DNA of 64,000 bases from Bacteroidales bacterium Bact_14 (GTDB lineage: Bacteria > Bacteroidota > Bacteroidia > Bacteroidales > UBA932): contig LUZF01000004.1 in NCBI GenBank assembly GCA_001602865.1, positions 15,686 to 79,685 of the forward strand, given 5' to 3'. Of the stretch, positions 55,911 to 64,000 are shown piece after piece. Position 1 is the first letter of the stretch. Each line of letters opens with the position of its first letter. The position numbers and the translations under genes are program-made. The notes under the pieces were generated by a model. It saw only the letters and a list, made by a program, of their open reading frames with translations. It did not search any database and was not told the origin of the DNA.

Positions 55911-57941
55911 CTACTCCCCTTTCAGGTACTTCAGCCAGAACTCCCGGTCGGCGGCATTGGAATGCATCCCCTGGTAGCCGCGGTAGCCGTGGAGCCCGTC
56001 CGGGTAGATCATCAGTTCAAACTTCTTTCCGGCCTTCTGGAGCGCGTCGACCAGCTGGAGCGTGTTCTGGAAATGGACGTTGTCGTCGCCCGTGCCGTGC
56101 GTAATCTTCAGCATCACGCTGTCGTCGTCGCCGTACACGGCCGGATAATCCTTCACGTCATCAAGCACCCGGGAGGCACGGTAGCCGTCCGGGTTGGCGG
56201 CCGGCGTGTCCATGAAGCGCTCGGTATAATGGGAATCGTAGAGCTGCCAGTCATAGACGCCGCCGCCGGCGATGCCGTAGTGGAAGGCGTCGCTGTGCTG
56301 GAGCAGCAGTCGCGCCGTGTTCGCGCCGCCGAAGGAGAAGCCCGTGACGCCGATCTTGTCCCCCTGGACATACGGCAGGGACTGGAGGTAGCGCGCCCAC
56401 TCGACGAATTCCTTGATGGGCTGCGTCTGGAGGTCGCGGAAGACGAGGTCGGTGCCGGCGCGGCCGTTGTGGCCGGAAGCGGAAACATCCGCCGTCATCC
56501 GGATGATGCCGTTGGCGCTGTACCACTGGCTCGCCTCGCCCGGCGTGCTCCAGGCCTCGCGGACATAGGCGGTATTCGGGCCGCCGTAGATTTCCATCAC
56601 GACGGGATACTTCTTCGCCGGGTCGAAACCGAGCGGATAGGTGATGGACGCCGGAACGCGGAAGCCGTCGGAGGTCTCCAGTTCAATCAGCTGCGGAAGC
56701 GCGTAGCGGGAAGGGTCGAAGTCCGGACCGCGCAGGTCGGCGACCTTGTACGGGTTGCGCGCGACGCGGGCCGTCTCGAAGAGCCAGAGCTGGGTCGGGG
56801 TGGTGAAATTCGAAAGCGCCACGACGAAATACTTCCCGTCCGGGGAGAAGCGGATGCCGGTGGCGTTCATCGCCGGATCGGTCAGGGCCGTGATGCGGCC
56901 CTTGCGGTCGACCTTGTAGAAGGTCGTCCGGACATTCGAATCGCGGTTCGCCGTGAAATACACGTCGCCGGCCTTCTCGTCCACGCGGACCAGGCTGATG
57001 CGCCAGTTCTCCCCGTCCGTGAGGCGGCGGAAGGTCTTTCCGTCGTAGGACAGGAAATAGATCTGCTCCCAGCCCGTTTCGAAACTGCGGGCCATATAGA
57101 GGCCCTGCTCCGTGAAGATGACCTCCTCGATCCAGTCGAGCCAGGTCGGATAGGTCTCGTGGTAGATGTGCTTCTTGCTGCCGTCGGCGACGCTGACGCT
57201 GTAGAGGTCGAGCGTGTCCTGGCGGCGCGGCTCGCGGGCGATGAAGAATTCTGCGCTGTCCTGTCCCCAGAACGGGATGCCGAAATACTGGTCCTCGTGC
57301 TCGTCAAAGTCGGCCCAGACGATTTTCTCCGGATGGTCGAGGTGAACGATGCCGATACGCACTTCCGGGTTCGGCTCCCCCGCCTTCGGATAGCGGGTCA
57401 GGTTCAGGGAGCCGTCCTGCCCGAACGGGGAATAAATCGGGAACATCGGCACCCGGCTGTTGTCGAAGCGGTAAAAGCCGATTTTCTTCGAATCCGGCGA
57501 CCACCAGAAAGCCCGGTAGCGGGACGGCCGGCCGAGAATCTCCTCGTAATACACCCAGGACGCATAACCGTTCAGGATAAGGTCGGTCCCGTCGAAAGTC
57601 AGGCGGGTCTCCGCCCCGGTCGCGATGTCGGCGACCCAGAGGTCGTTGTCCCGCGTGAAGGCCAGCTTCGTGGAGTCCGGGGAGAAAGTCAGGTTCACGG
57701 CGCCGGCGGGCATCAGCGGCATCTGCGGGAACTTCCCGGGAGCCTTGACGCCGGTCCGGACGGTACGCTTGGGCGCCAGGACCGCGAAAGCGTCGGCATC
57801 CACGAAGGAGCCGTCGTAGCTGAACGCGACTTCGGTGTTCGAAATCCATTTCCAGATCATCGGGACCCGGTTCCATTCCTGGGCGCCGAGGCTGGCGGCA
57901 AGCAAGGTTGCGGCGAGGGCCGCGAGCATCATCTTTTTCAT
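55911..57941 (-). CDS. S9B dipeptidyl peptidase IV-like
   Basis: WVYYEEI, YPKAGE.NP, YGGP, GFSFGG, HGTGDDNVH, HGY. Signal peptide MKKMML. Confidence 0.9.
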   Translation of the reverse strand: MKKMMLAALAATLLAASLGAQEWNRVPMIWKWISNTEVAFSYDGSFVDADAFAVLAPKRTVRTGVKAPGKFPQMPLMPAGAVNLTFSPDSTKLAFTRDNDLWVADIATGAETRLTFDGTDLILNGYASWVYYEEILGRPSRYRAFWWSPDSKKIGFYRFDNSRVPMFPIYSPFGQDGSLNLTRYPKAGEPNPEVRIGIVHLDHPEKIVWADFDEHEDQYFGIPFWGQDSAEFFIAREPRRQDTLDLYSVSVADGSKKHIYHETYPTWLDWIEEVIFTEQGLYMARSFETGWEQIYFLSYDGKTFRRLTDGENWRISLVRVDEKAGDVYFTANRDSNVRTTFYKVDRKGRITALTDPAMNATGIRFSPDGKYFVVALSNFTTPTQLWLFETARVARNPYKVADLRGPDFDPSRYALPQLIELETSDGFRVPASITYPLGFDPAKKYPVVMEIYGGPNTAYVREAWSTPGEASQWYSANGIIRMTADVSASGHNGRAGTDLVFRDLQTQPIKEFVEWARYLQSLPYVQGDKIGVTGFSFGGANTARLLLQHSDAFHYGIAGGGVYDWQLYDSHYTERFMDTPAANPDGYRASRVLDDVKDYPAVYGDDDSVMLKITHGTGDDNVHFQNTLQLVDALQKAGKKFELMIYPDGLHGYRGYQGMHSNAADREFWLKYLKGE

Positions 57942-59371
57942 AGGAAAAACCTGTCGTTGAAATTTACCAGATAGACTTTTTCGACCGCTCGCGTCAGCGC
58001 GGTGTAGAGCCATTTCAGGTCGTCCACCGTCTGGGCGTCCTGCCAGAAGGGGCAGTCGATGAAAACACAGGACCACTGGCCGCCCTGCGATTTGTGGCAG
58101 GTCACGGCCGCGGCGTATTTGAGTTGGAGCGCGTTGTACCAGTCGTCTTCGCGGACGGCGTCGTAGCGCTTTTTCTTCGATTTGATATGGGCGTAATCCG
58201 CGCTGACCCCCGCGTAGAGCGCATTCTGCTGCTCATAGGTCAGGGACGCAGCTTCGGACTCCAGGGTATCCAGGCAGACCTTCGCGACGATCTCCTGCCC
58301 GTCATAATCCGGGAATTCGAGCCGCGCCTCGGCGAAATGCAGGCCGTAGCGGTCCTCGTAGCCGCCGACGCGCTTCAGGTAGGCGATGTCGCCGTTGGCG
58401 ATGTACTCCATCCCCGCGAGGTCCTCCACGAAATGGTAGCAGTTCTTCACGATCATCAGCTTGTCGCCCCGGACCAACCGTTCCTCCTTGTACTGGACGC
58501 GGCTGCGGATGCCGAGGTTGTAGCGGATCGCGCGCTTGTTGGAGCGGCAGAGGATGATGGTCTCCTCCTCGCCGTAACGGCCGTAGGCCTCCCCGATTTT
58601 CTCGATCAGCTCTCCCCCGTCGACCCGTTCGATGTCGTCGTAGCCGCCGAGGTCCAGGCGGAGGTCCTCGAAAAGCTCGTCGCCGGAGGCGGCGGCGATG
58701 CGCTCCCGCAGCAGGGTCGCGTTGTGGAGGATGCCCGATTCCCGCTGCTGGCGCACGACGGTCGTGAGCTCGCAGTAGGAGACGCCGCCGAAGCCGTCCA
58801 TATAGCTGCGCGACAGCGCGGGGCTCGCATCCAGGCCCACCGGGGGCAGCTGGGCGCTGTCTCCGATGAGGATGAGCTTGCAGCCGGCGCCGGAGCGGAC
58901 ATAGCGGACCAGGTCTTCGAGCAGGTTGCCGGTGCCGAAGAGGGCGGTTGATTTCTGGGGGGCCGCATCCGTGCCGATGAGCGAGACTTCGTCCACGACG
59001 AAGAGCGTGTCGCGGGACTTGTTCGGGATGAGGCTGAACTGGCCGAAACCGTCCTCGCCGACGGTCTTCTGCTTGTAGATGACCTTGTGGATGGTTTTCG
59101 CGGGCTTGCCGGCGTACAGGGACAGGACCTTGGCGGAGCGGCCCGTCGGGGCCATCAGGGTACATTTGATCTTCAGTTCGGAGAGGGCGTCGATGACCGC
59201 GGCGATGGCGGTCGTCTTGCCTGTGCCGGCGTAGCCGTTGACGACGAGGATGTCGCCGTCGTCGCCCGTCAGGAAGGACGCCACGTCCCGCAAGAACGCC
59301 GACTGGCAGGAGGTAGGCTCATACGGGAGCCTGCCAAGGAAATCCCGGGTCAAGAATTCAGCCCTGTCCAT
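57938..59371 (-). CDS. RecD-like ATP-dependent DNA helicase
   Basis: GYAGTGKT, APTGRSA, TIHK, DEVS, GDSAQLPPV, TCHKSQG, YTALTRA. Confidence 0.92.
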   Translation of the reverse strand: MDRAEFLTRDFLGRLPYEPTSCQSAFLRDVASFLTGDDGDILVVNGYAGTGKTTAIAAVIDALSELKIKCTLMAPTGRSAKVLSLYAGKPAKTIHKVIYKQKTVGEDGFGQFSLIPNKSRDTLFVVDEVSLIGTDAAPQKSTALFGTGNLLEDLVRYVRSGAGCKLILIGDSAQLPPVGLDASPALSRSYMDGFGGVSYCELTTVVRQQRESGILHNATLLRERIAAASGDELFEDLRLDLGGYDDIERVDGGELIEKIGEAYGRYGEEETIILCRSNKRAIRYNLGIRSRVQYKEERLVRGDKLMIVKNCYHFVEDLAGMEYIANGDIAYLKRVGGYEDRYGLHFAEARLEFPDYDGQEIVAKVCLDTLESEAASLTYEQQNALYAGVSADYAHIKSKKKRYDAVREDDWYNALQLKYAAAVTCHKSQGGQWSCVFIDCPFWQDAQTVDDLKWLYTALTRAVEKVYLVNFNDRFFL

Positions 59372-59374
59372 CGG

Positions 59375-60832
59375 CTATTTGCGGTTACGGTGGAAAATCA
59401 TCGCGACGACCGCAAGGACCGGATAGAATTCAACACGGCCGAGGAACATGTCCAGGGTAAAGACGAACTTGGAGGCGGACGGAATTTCGCTGAAGTTCCC
59501 CATCGTGCCGACGGACTTGATGGAAGGGCCGACGTTGCTCAACGAAGAAATGGACGAGGCGAACGTCTCCTCCGGGTCCATGCCGGTCATGAGGACCAGA
59601 CCCACGGAGAGGACGAGAATCAAGGCATATATCCCGATGTAGAGCACCATCTGGGAGGCTTCTTCGTCCTTGACGATGCCGTTGCCGAGGCGCACCTCGC
59701 TCACGGAGGACGGGTGGAGGATGCGGTGCATCTGGCGTCCGATGGACTTGAGCAACACGACGATGCGGTCCGCCTTGACGCCGCCGCTGGTCGAACCGGC
59801 ACAGCCGCACATGACGCCGAGAATCAGGAGCTCCAGATTCAGCGCCATCGGCCAGGAGGCGTTGTCCATCGTCGCGAAGCCGGAGGTGGAAGCGACGCAC
59901 AAGGTCTGGAAGGCACTGTCCCAAAGCGTCCGGCCGAAAGAGGCCTCCCCGAAGCCCGTGGTCTTGAGGCCGAAGGCCAGGTACAGGGTGAAGAAGACGA
60001 GCGAGCCGAGGTAGAACTTCAGGACCGGATTGTTCAACGGCTTGATGGAACGGTTCGCGAATGCCAGGAAGATCAGACCGAAATGAAGGGAAGACAACAG
60101 CATCACAATCATCGTGACCGCTTCGATCGCGCGTGAGTCGAAGGCGCCGATGGAAAGGTTCTTGGTACTGAAACCGCCGGTCGCACACACGCTGAACGCA
60201 TGGCAGATGGCGTCAAATGGGCTCATGCCCGCAATCCAGTACGCCAGGAAGGCGAAGATCATCAACCCTATGTAAATGTTCGCGAAAATGAAAGCGGTCC
60301 GGTTCGTGCGCACCTGGTAGCCCTCGCGGGAAAGCGAGGACAACTCCATATTGGTCAGGCGCATCCGGATCGGGCTCGAACTCGGGATGACCAGCAGCAG
60401 GAAGACGACGACACCGAGGCCGCCGATGAAATGGGTCGAGCTGCGCCAGAAGAGCAGGCTGTCCGGCAGGGATTCGACATCGCTGAGGATGGTCGCGCCG
60501 GTGGTCGTAAACCCGGAGACACTTTCAAACCAGGCATTGACGACAGTGAAGGGACCGCCCCACAGGGCGTATGGAAGCATGCCGAAGACGAAGGAAAGCA
60601 GCCAGGACAGGAAGATGATCATGTACCCGTCCTTGAGGGTGATGGACGGTGTCTTGCGGACGAAAATGAACGGGAAGATGCCGACGATGAAGGTGATCGT
60701 GAAGCTGATGATCAGGGCGGCGAGGGCGCTGTCATTCCCCCGCGACACCGACACCAGGATGGAAAAAAACATGAAGAGCGCACTGACAAGCAGTGCGAAC
60801 CCCACGTTTCTACTGATCGCCTTTATATTCAT
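59375..60832 (-). CDS. trkH: TrkH potassium uptake protein
   Basis: FESVSGFTTTG, ATGGFS, STSGF, GSTSGGVK, SNVGP pore loops. Confidence 0.93.
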   Translation of the reverse strand: MNIKAISRNVGFALLVSALFMFFSILVSVSRGNDSALAALIISFTITFIVGIFPFIFVRKTPSITLKDGYMIIFLSWLLSFVFGMLPYALWGGPFTVVNAWFESVSGFTTTGATILSDVESLPDSLLFWRSSTHFIGGLGVVVFLLLVIPSSSPIRMRLTNMELSSLSREGYQVRTNRTAFIFANIYIGLMIFAFLAYWIAGMSPFDAICHAFSVCATGGFSTKNLSIGAFDSRAIEAVTMIVMLLSSLHFGLIFLAFANRSIKPLNNPVLKFYLGSLVFFTLYLAFGLKTTGFGEASFGRTLWDSAFQTLCVASTSGFATMDNASWPMALNLELLILGVMCGCAGSTSGGVKADRIVVLLKSIGRQMHRILHPSSVSEVRLGNGIVKDEEASQMVLYIGIYALILVLSVGLVLMTGMDPEETFASSISSLSNVGPSIKSVGTMGNFSEIPSASKFVFTLDMFLGRVEFYPVLAVVAMIFHRNRK

Positions 60833-61655
60833 TGCCGCTTCTGAGTATGGATATCCGTTTGCGGAGCTGCTGGTTTTCGCCCGTGATTTCGGTAATGCCC
60901 TCGTTGAGTTCGGCGAGCTGGTCGTCCCCTTCGAAAGTATAGGAGTATTTCTTGTTGTAGGACCGGTAATTGTTCAGGTTCGCGAGCATCTTGTAGAGCG
61001 GGTTCACATAGTAGACCATCATGAAGAAGAGCAGCATGAGGACCAGCAGGAGCCCGACGCCGACAGCCACGAGGCCCGGAATGATGCTCCGGTAGAAGCC
61101 GCGGTCGAAGGTCGCGGAATTGCGCTTGAGATCGTTGTATATGGCGGAGCTCATCGCGTCGATGTCGTCCCGGAGACGGTTGTAGCGCGGCTGGAGACGG
61201 TCGAAGTACCAGGTCCGCGTGTTGATGAAGTCCGAGAGCAGCACCTCCGGAAGTTCCAGGGAGGTCAGCATGTAGGCCGAGTAGGAATAGACGACCGAGT
61301 CGGCCAGCGGCTGGAGGGACATCGCGGACAGCGTCCCACGGAGGCTGTCACAGCGGGCGAGGAAGGCCTCGCGGTTGAAGTCAGGCAGTTTGTTCAGCTT
61401 GTCGTCGCCGACCACGGCCAGGATGTCGAGGTTATAGTCGTTCGCGGCCTCGGCCATTTTCTGGGCGACGTTGATGTTGTTGATGTTGTCGGCGATGAGG
61501 CTGGAAACATAGGAACTCATCCGCTTGTATTCCAGGATGGAAATGATGCTGGAGATGAGAAGGATGGCCGCAATCGCGCTGAGCGAGATGACAAGCTTCC
61601 CGCGCAGGGTCAGCTTGAAGCGCTCCAGCCCTCTTTTGATTTTGTTGACAAACAT
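60810..61655 (-). CDS. TM / four-helix-bundle (MCP-type) / TM / HAMP-like protein without output domain
   Basis: Two TM helices flank a helical periplasmic region. YYVNPL...DDQLAELN HAMP-like segment and a short coiled tail. Confidence 0.7.
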   Translation of the reverse strand: MFVNKIKRGLERFKLTLRGKLVISLSAIAAILLISSIISILEYKRMSSYVSSLIADNINNINVAQKMAEAANDYNLDILAVVGDDKLNKLPDFNREAFLARCDSLRGTLSAMSLQPLADSVVYSYSAYMLTSLELPEVLLSDFINTRTWYFDRLQPRYNRLRDDIDAMSSAIYNDLKRNSATFDRGFYRSIIPGLVAVGVGLLLVLMLLFFMMVYYVNPLYKMLANLNNYRSYNKKYSYTFEGDDQLAELNEGITEITGENQQLRKRISILRSGNEYKGDQ

Positions 61656-61751
61656 ACCGCCGGTCTATTCCAATTTGTAACCTACAAATATACAAAATAG
61701 TTTCGCAAAATCGGAATAGCCTGCGCCGCGTCAAAAAGAAGCGGAACCCGT

Positions 61752-62207
61752 TTAGTTTTTCAGTTCGAAACTGTATTCCTGCAGGGAGACCGCGGGGGAA
61801 GCATCCGCGGGGACGGAACGGGACAGGGTGTAGACGACCTTGATGTGGAAGGGCGCGGCGAGCGCCGCAGCCTTTTTCCTGTACGAAGATTCAATTTCCT
61901 TCAGCGCGGGCAGGTGGCTCTTGTATTCAGCCAGTTGCTTCTCATCTTCTGCGCTGAACTTCCCGTTGACGATGTCGACCTGGTGCGTATCCACCAGATT
62001 CAGCTTAACGAGGTCGGACATAAAATCCGTGAGAAACCGGGAATATGCCTCCCGCATCGCGGGATCCTGGATTTCTCCGGGCTGGGTAAACTCTGCCGTA
62101 TCGCAGTAGAAATGATAGATGGCGACCTTGGACTCCTTTCCGCACGAGGAAAGGAAGCCCCCCAAAAGGATGAGGCCACAGAGGATGGAAATATAGGATT
62201 TCTTCAT
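61752..62207 (-). CDS. hypothetical lipoprotein
   Basis: MKKSY...LSSC lipobox. Confidence 0.72.
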   Translation of the reverse strand: MKKSYISILCGLILLGGFLSSCGKESKVAIYHFYCDTAEFTQPGEIQDPAMREAYSRFLTDFMSDLVKLNLVDTHQVDIVNGKFSAEDEKQLAEYKSHLPALKEIESSYRKKAAALAAPFHIKVVYTLSRSVPADASPAVSLQEYSFELKN

Positions 62208-62210
62208 TGC

Positions 62211-63413
62211 TTACATCAGGCCCAGCAGTCGCGCACGGGCGATGAGGCAGTCGCCGACGCCGGCGGCCTTGCGGCCGAGGGTCGAGAAGAAGATTTCCGT
62301 ATCGGAGCTGACGCGGTTCAGGGAGTATTTGTTGACTGCGGTACGGATCGGGAGCATCAGGTAGTCGCCGCCGACGATGAGGCGGCCGCCGATGATGACC
62401 TGGCCGGGATTGAAGATGTTGATGAGGCCGGCGATGGCGCGGCCGAGCGTCTCACCGATCTTTCCGATGCCTTCGATGGAAAGCACATCTTCCTCTTCAA
62501 CGGCCTTCAGGATATCGTCAAGCACGATTTTCTCTCCGGCCCTGTACTTCTTGGACAGCAGGGAGGTACGTCCCGCTTCCAGCTGCTCCTTGATCATATG
62601 GTAGAGCGCCGTTCCGGAGGCGCCGGTCTCGAGGCAGCCGTTCTTGCCGCAGCGGCAGATCTTGTCATTGTCCAGGAATGGGAAGTGGCCGATCTCGCCG
62701 GAGAAGCCGGACTTGCCGTAGTAGAGATGGCCGTCGAGGATCATGCCCATGCCGAGCCCCCAGCTCAGGTTGATGAAGATCATATCCTTCTCGTTGCTGT
62801 GCTTCCCGGCAAGGTATTCTCCGTAAGTCATTGCCCTTGAGTCGTTTTCGATTGTGACGGGCACATTGAATTCCATCTGGAAGAGCGCGGTCAGCGGGAG
62901 ATTCTCCTTGACGGCGTAGGTCAGGCTGAAGCCTTCCTCCGGGTTGACGCGGCCCGACAGGCTCACGCCGACGCTGAGGACCTTTTCCCAGGGCAGCCCT
63001 ATCTCCGCAAAGTGCTCCTTCACCTTGATGCACATACCCCGGAACGACTCCGCATTCGCTTCCAGGACATACTCGATGTCCTGGCGGAAGTCGATGAGAC
63101 GGCCGCTGAAGTCCGTGACTGCGATGTGGAAATGCTGGCGCGCGACGTCCACGCCGACGAAGTAGCCGGCTTTCGGGTTGAGGCCGTAGATGCTGGGGCG
63201 GCGGCCGCCGGAGGTACCCTGCTTGCCCAGGTCCTGCATGAACCCCTCATCGATCAGCTCGGAGATGAGTTTCGTCACGGTCGGGACGCTGGTGTTGATT
63301 TCCTTGCTCAGGTCGGCGATGGAATATGCGCCGTTGTTGATGCAGAGGCGGATGATTTCGCGCTTCACAGCTGAATTCTTGCTGTCCGGGTCGCTCAGGA
63401 AGGTCTTTGCCAT
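62211..63413 (-). CDS. ROK family transcriptional regulator
   Basis: N-terminal wHTH, SGGRRP, IENDS, GEIGH, CRCGKNGCLE. Confidence 0.93.
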   Translation of the reverse strand: MAKTFLSDPDSKNSAVKREIIRLCINNGAYSIADLSKEINTSVPTVTKLISELIDEGFMQDLGKQGTSGGRRPSIYGLNPKAGYFVGVDVARQHFHIAVTDFSGRLIDFRQDIEYVLEANAESFRGMCIKVKEHFAEIGLPWEKVLSVGVSLSGRVNPEEGFSLTYAVKENLPLTALFQMEFNVPVTIENDSRAMTYGEYLAGKHSNEKDMIFINLSWGLGMGMILDGHLYYGKSGFSGEIGHFPFLDNDKICRCGKNGCLETGASGTALYHMIKEQLEAGRTSLLSKKYRAGEKIVLDDILKAVEEEDVLSIEGIGKIGETLGRAIAGLINIFNPGQVIIGGRLIVGGDYLMLPIRTAVNKYSLNRVSSDTEIFFSTLGRKAAGVGDCLIARARLLGLM

Positions 63414-63522
63414 GTTCGTTCGGGAATTTGGACGAATATAAAGAAATTTATTAAATAATTCATAATGTCAGGGCAAATTATTTAAAAATTACTTGAATCA
63501 TTCATCCAAACCCGAACTTTAT

Positions 63523-63634
63523 AGCCAAACGAAGCCTGGAGCTTCTGAAACCTATGGCCGCCCGTGGCCGTATGAACGGGGGGACCGCTTGCGGTGGGAC
63601 GAAGGGTTTCAGAAGCTCCAGGCTTCGTTTGGCT
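63523..63634. repeat. palindromic element with a perfect 30-bp inverted repeat, related to copies A/B (copy C)
   Basis: AGCCAAACGAAGCCTGGAGCTTCTGAAACC (63523-63552) and its exact reverse complement (63605-63634). Loop TATGGCCGCCCGTGGCCGTATGAACGGG...GGGACGAAG resembles the A/B core. Confidence 0.85.
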
Positions 63635-63642
63635 GCCGTAAA

Positions 63643-64000
63643 CTATTCCGGTTTATAAGAATCTTTCAGGGCGGTGGTCTTGTTGAAGACCGGCTTTTCC
63701 GGGGTCGAGTCGGCGTCCTTGATGTAGTAGCCGGTGCGCTCGAACTGGACGGCGATGCCACTCTTGTCCTCGAGGAGGGCAGGTTCGGCGTAGCCCTTGG
63801 TCACGACGAGCGAATCCGGATTCAGGAAGTCCTTGTAATCCTTGTCCTCCGGGACCTGGCTCATGTCCGCGAGCGTGAAGAGGCGGTCGTAATTCCGGAC
63901 CTCGATCTCCTTGCAGAACTGCGTCGAGACCCAGTGGATCGTGCCCTTGACGGAGCGCCATTCGCCGCCGCCGGGCTTCGTGGACGGGTCATAGGTGCAC
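63643..64000 (-). CDS. glnS: glutamine--tRNA ligase, C-terminal part (5'-truncated by window edge)
   Basis: VKGTIHWVS, YDRLF, FLNPDSL, QFERTGY, FNKT..LKD. Confidence 0.93.
   Translation of the reverse strand, partial: CTYDPSTKPGGGEWRSVKGTIHWVSTQFCKEIEVRNYDRLFTLADMSQVPEDKDYKDFLNPDSLVVTKGYAEPALLEDKSGIAVQFERTGYYIKDADSTPEKPVFNKTTALKDSYKPE

Overview
GC-rich chromosomal segment of a Bacteroidales bacterium. The assignment rests on TAnnTTTG/TTTG sigma-A promoter motifs, type-B L31, TonB receptors and S9 peptidases; a Rikenellaceae/RC9-UBA932-like gut or rumen lineage is an inference. Most of the window is housekeeping or nutrition: htpG, tRNA-Phe, tRNA-Glu, cobalamin riboswitch-btuB-btuC, GH125, pepC, glmM, rpmE2, lysA, kbl/tdh, tig, gyrB, nth, GH3, pgm, recD-like helicase, trkH, ROK regulator and partial glnS. 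Four things stand out. (1) A lower-GC accessory island at ~23.65-28.6 kb with nested architecture. An outer inverted pair of GTCAT...ATCTCC REP-type palindromes encloses an orphan Rpn C-terminal ORF and an ORF6N/PLD-like gene. An inner inverted pair of ~175-bp multi-hairpin repeats brackets a translationally coupled MazG-like pyrophosphatase / nuclease-helicase (DUF2075) / DUF1653 / DUF4359 operon, a candidate anti-phage system. (2) A third, more divergent member of the same repeat family lies behind glnS and has a different, perfect 30-bp outer stem. (3) A miniaturised PriA that appears helicase-dead and lacks the zinc-binding region. (4) A SulA/CapB-like cysteate acyltransferase plus SDR pair, suggesting sulfonolipid synthesis. 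All family calls come from recognising motifs by eye; no database search was run.
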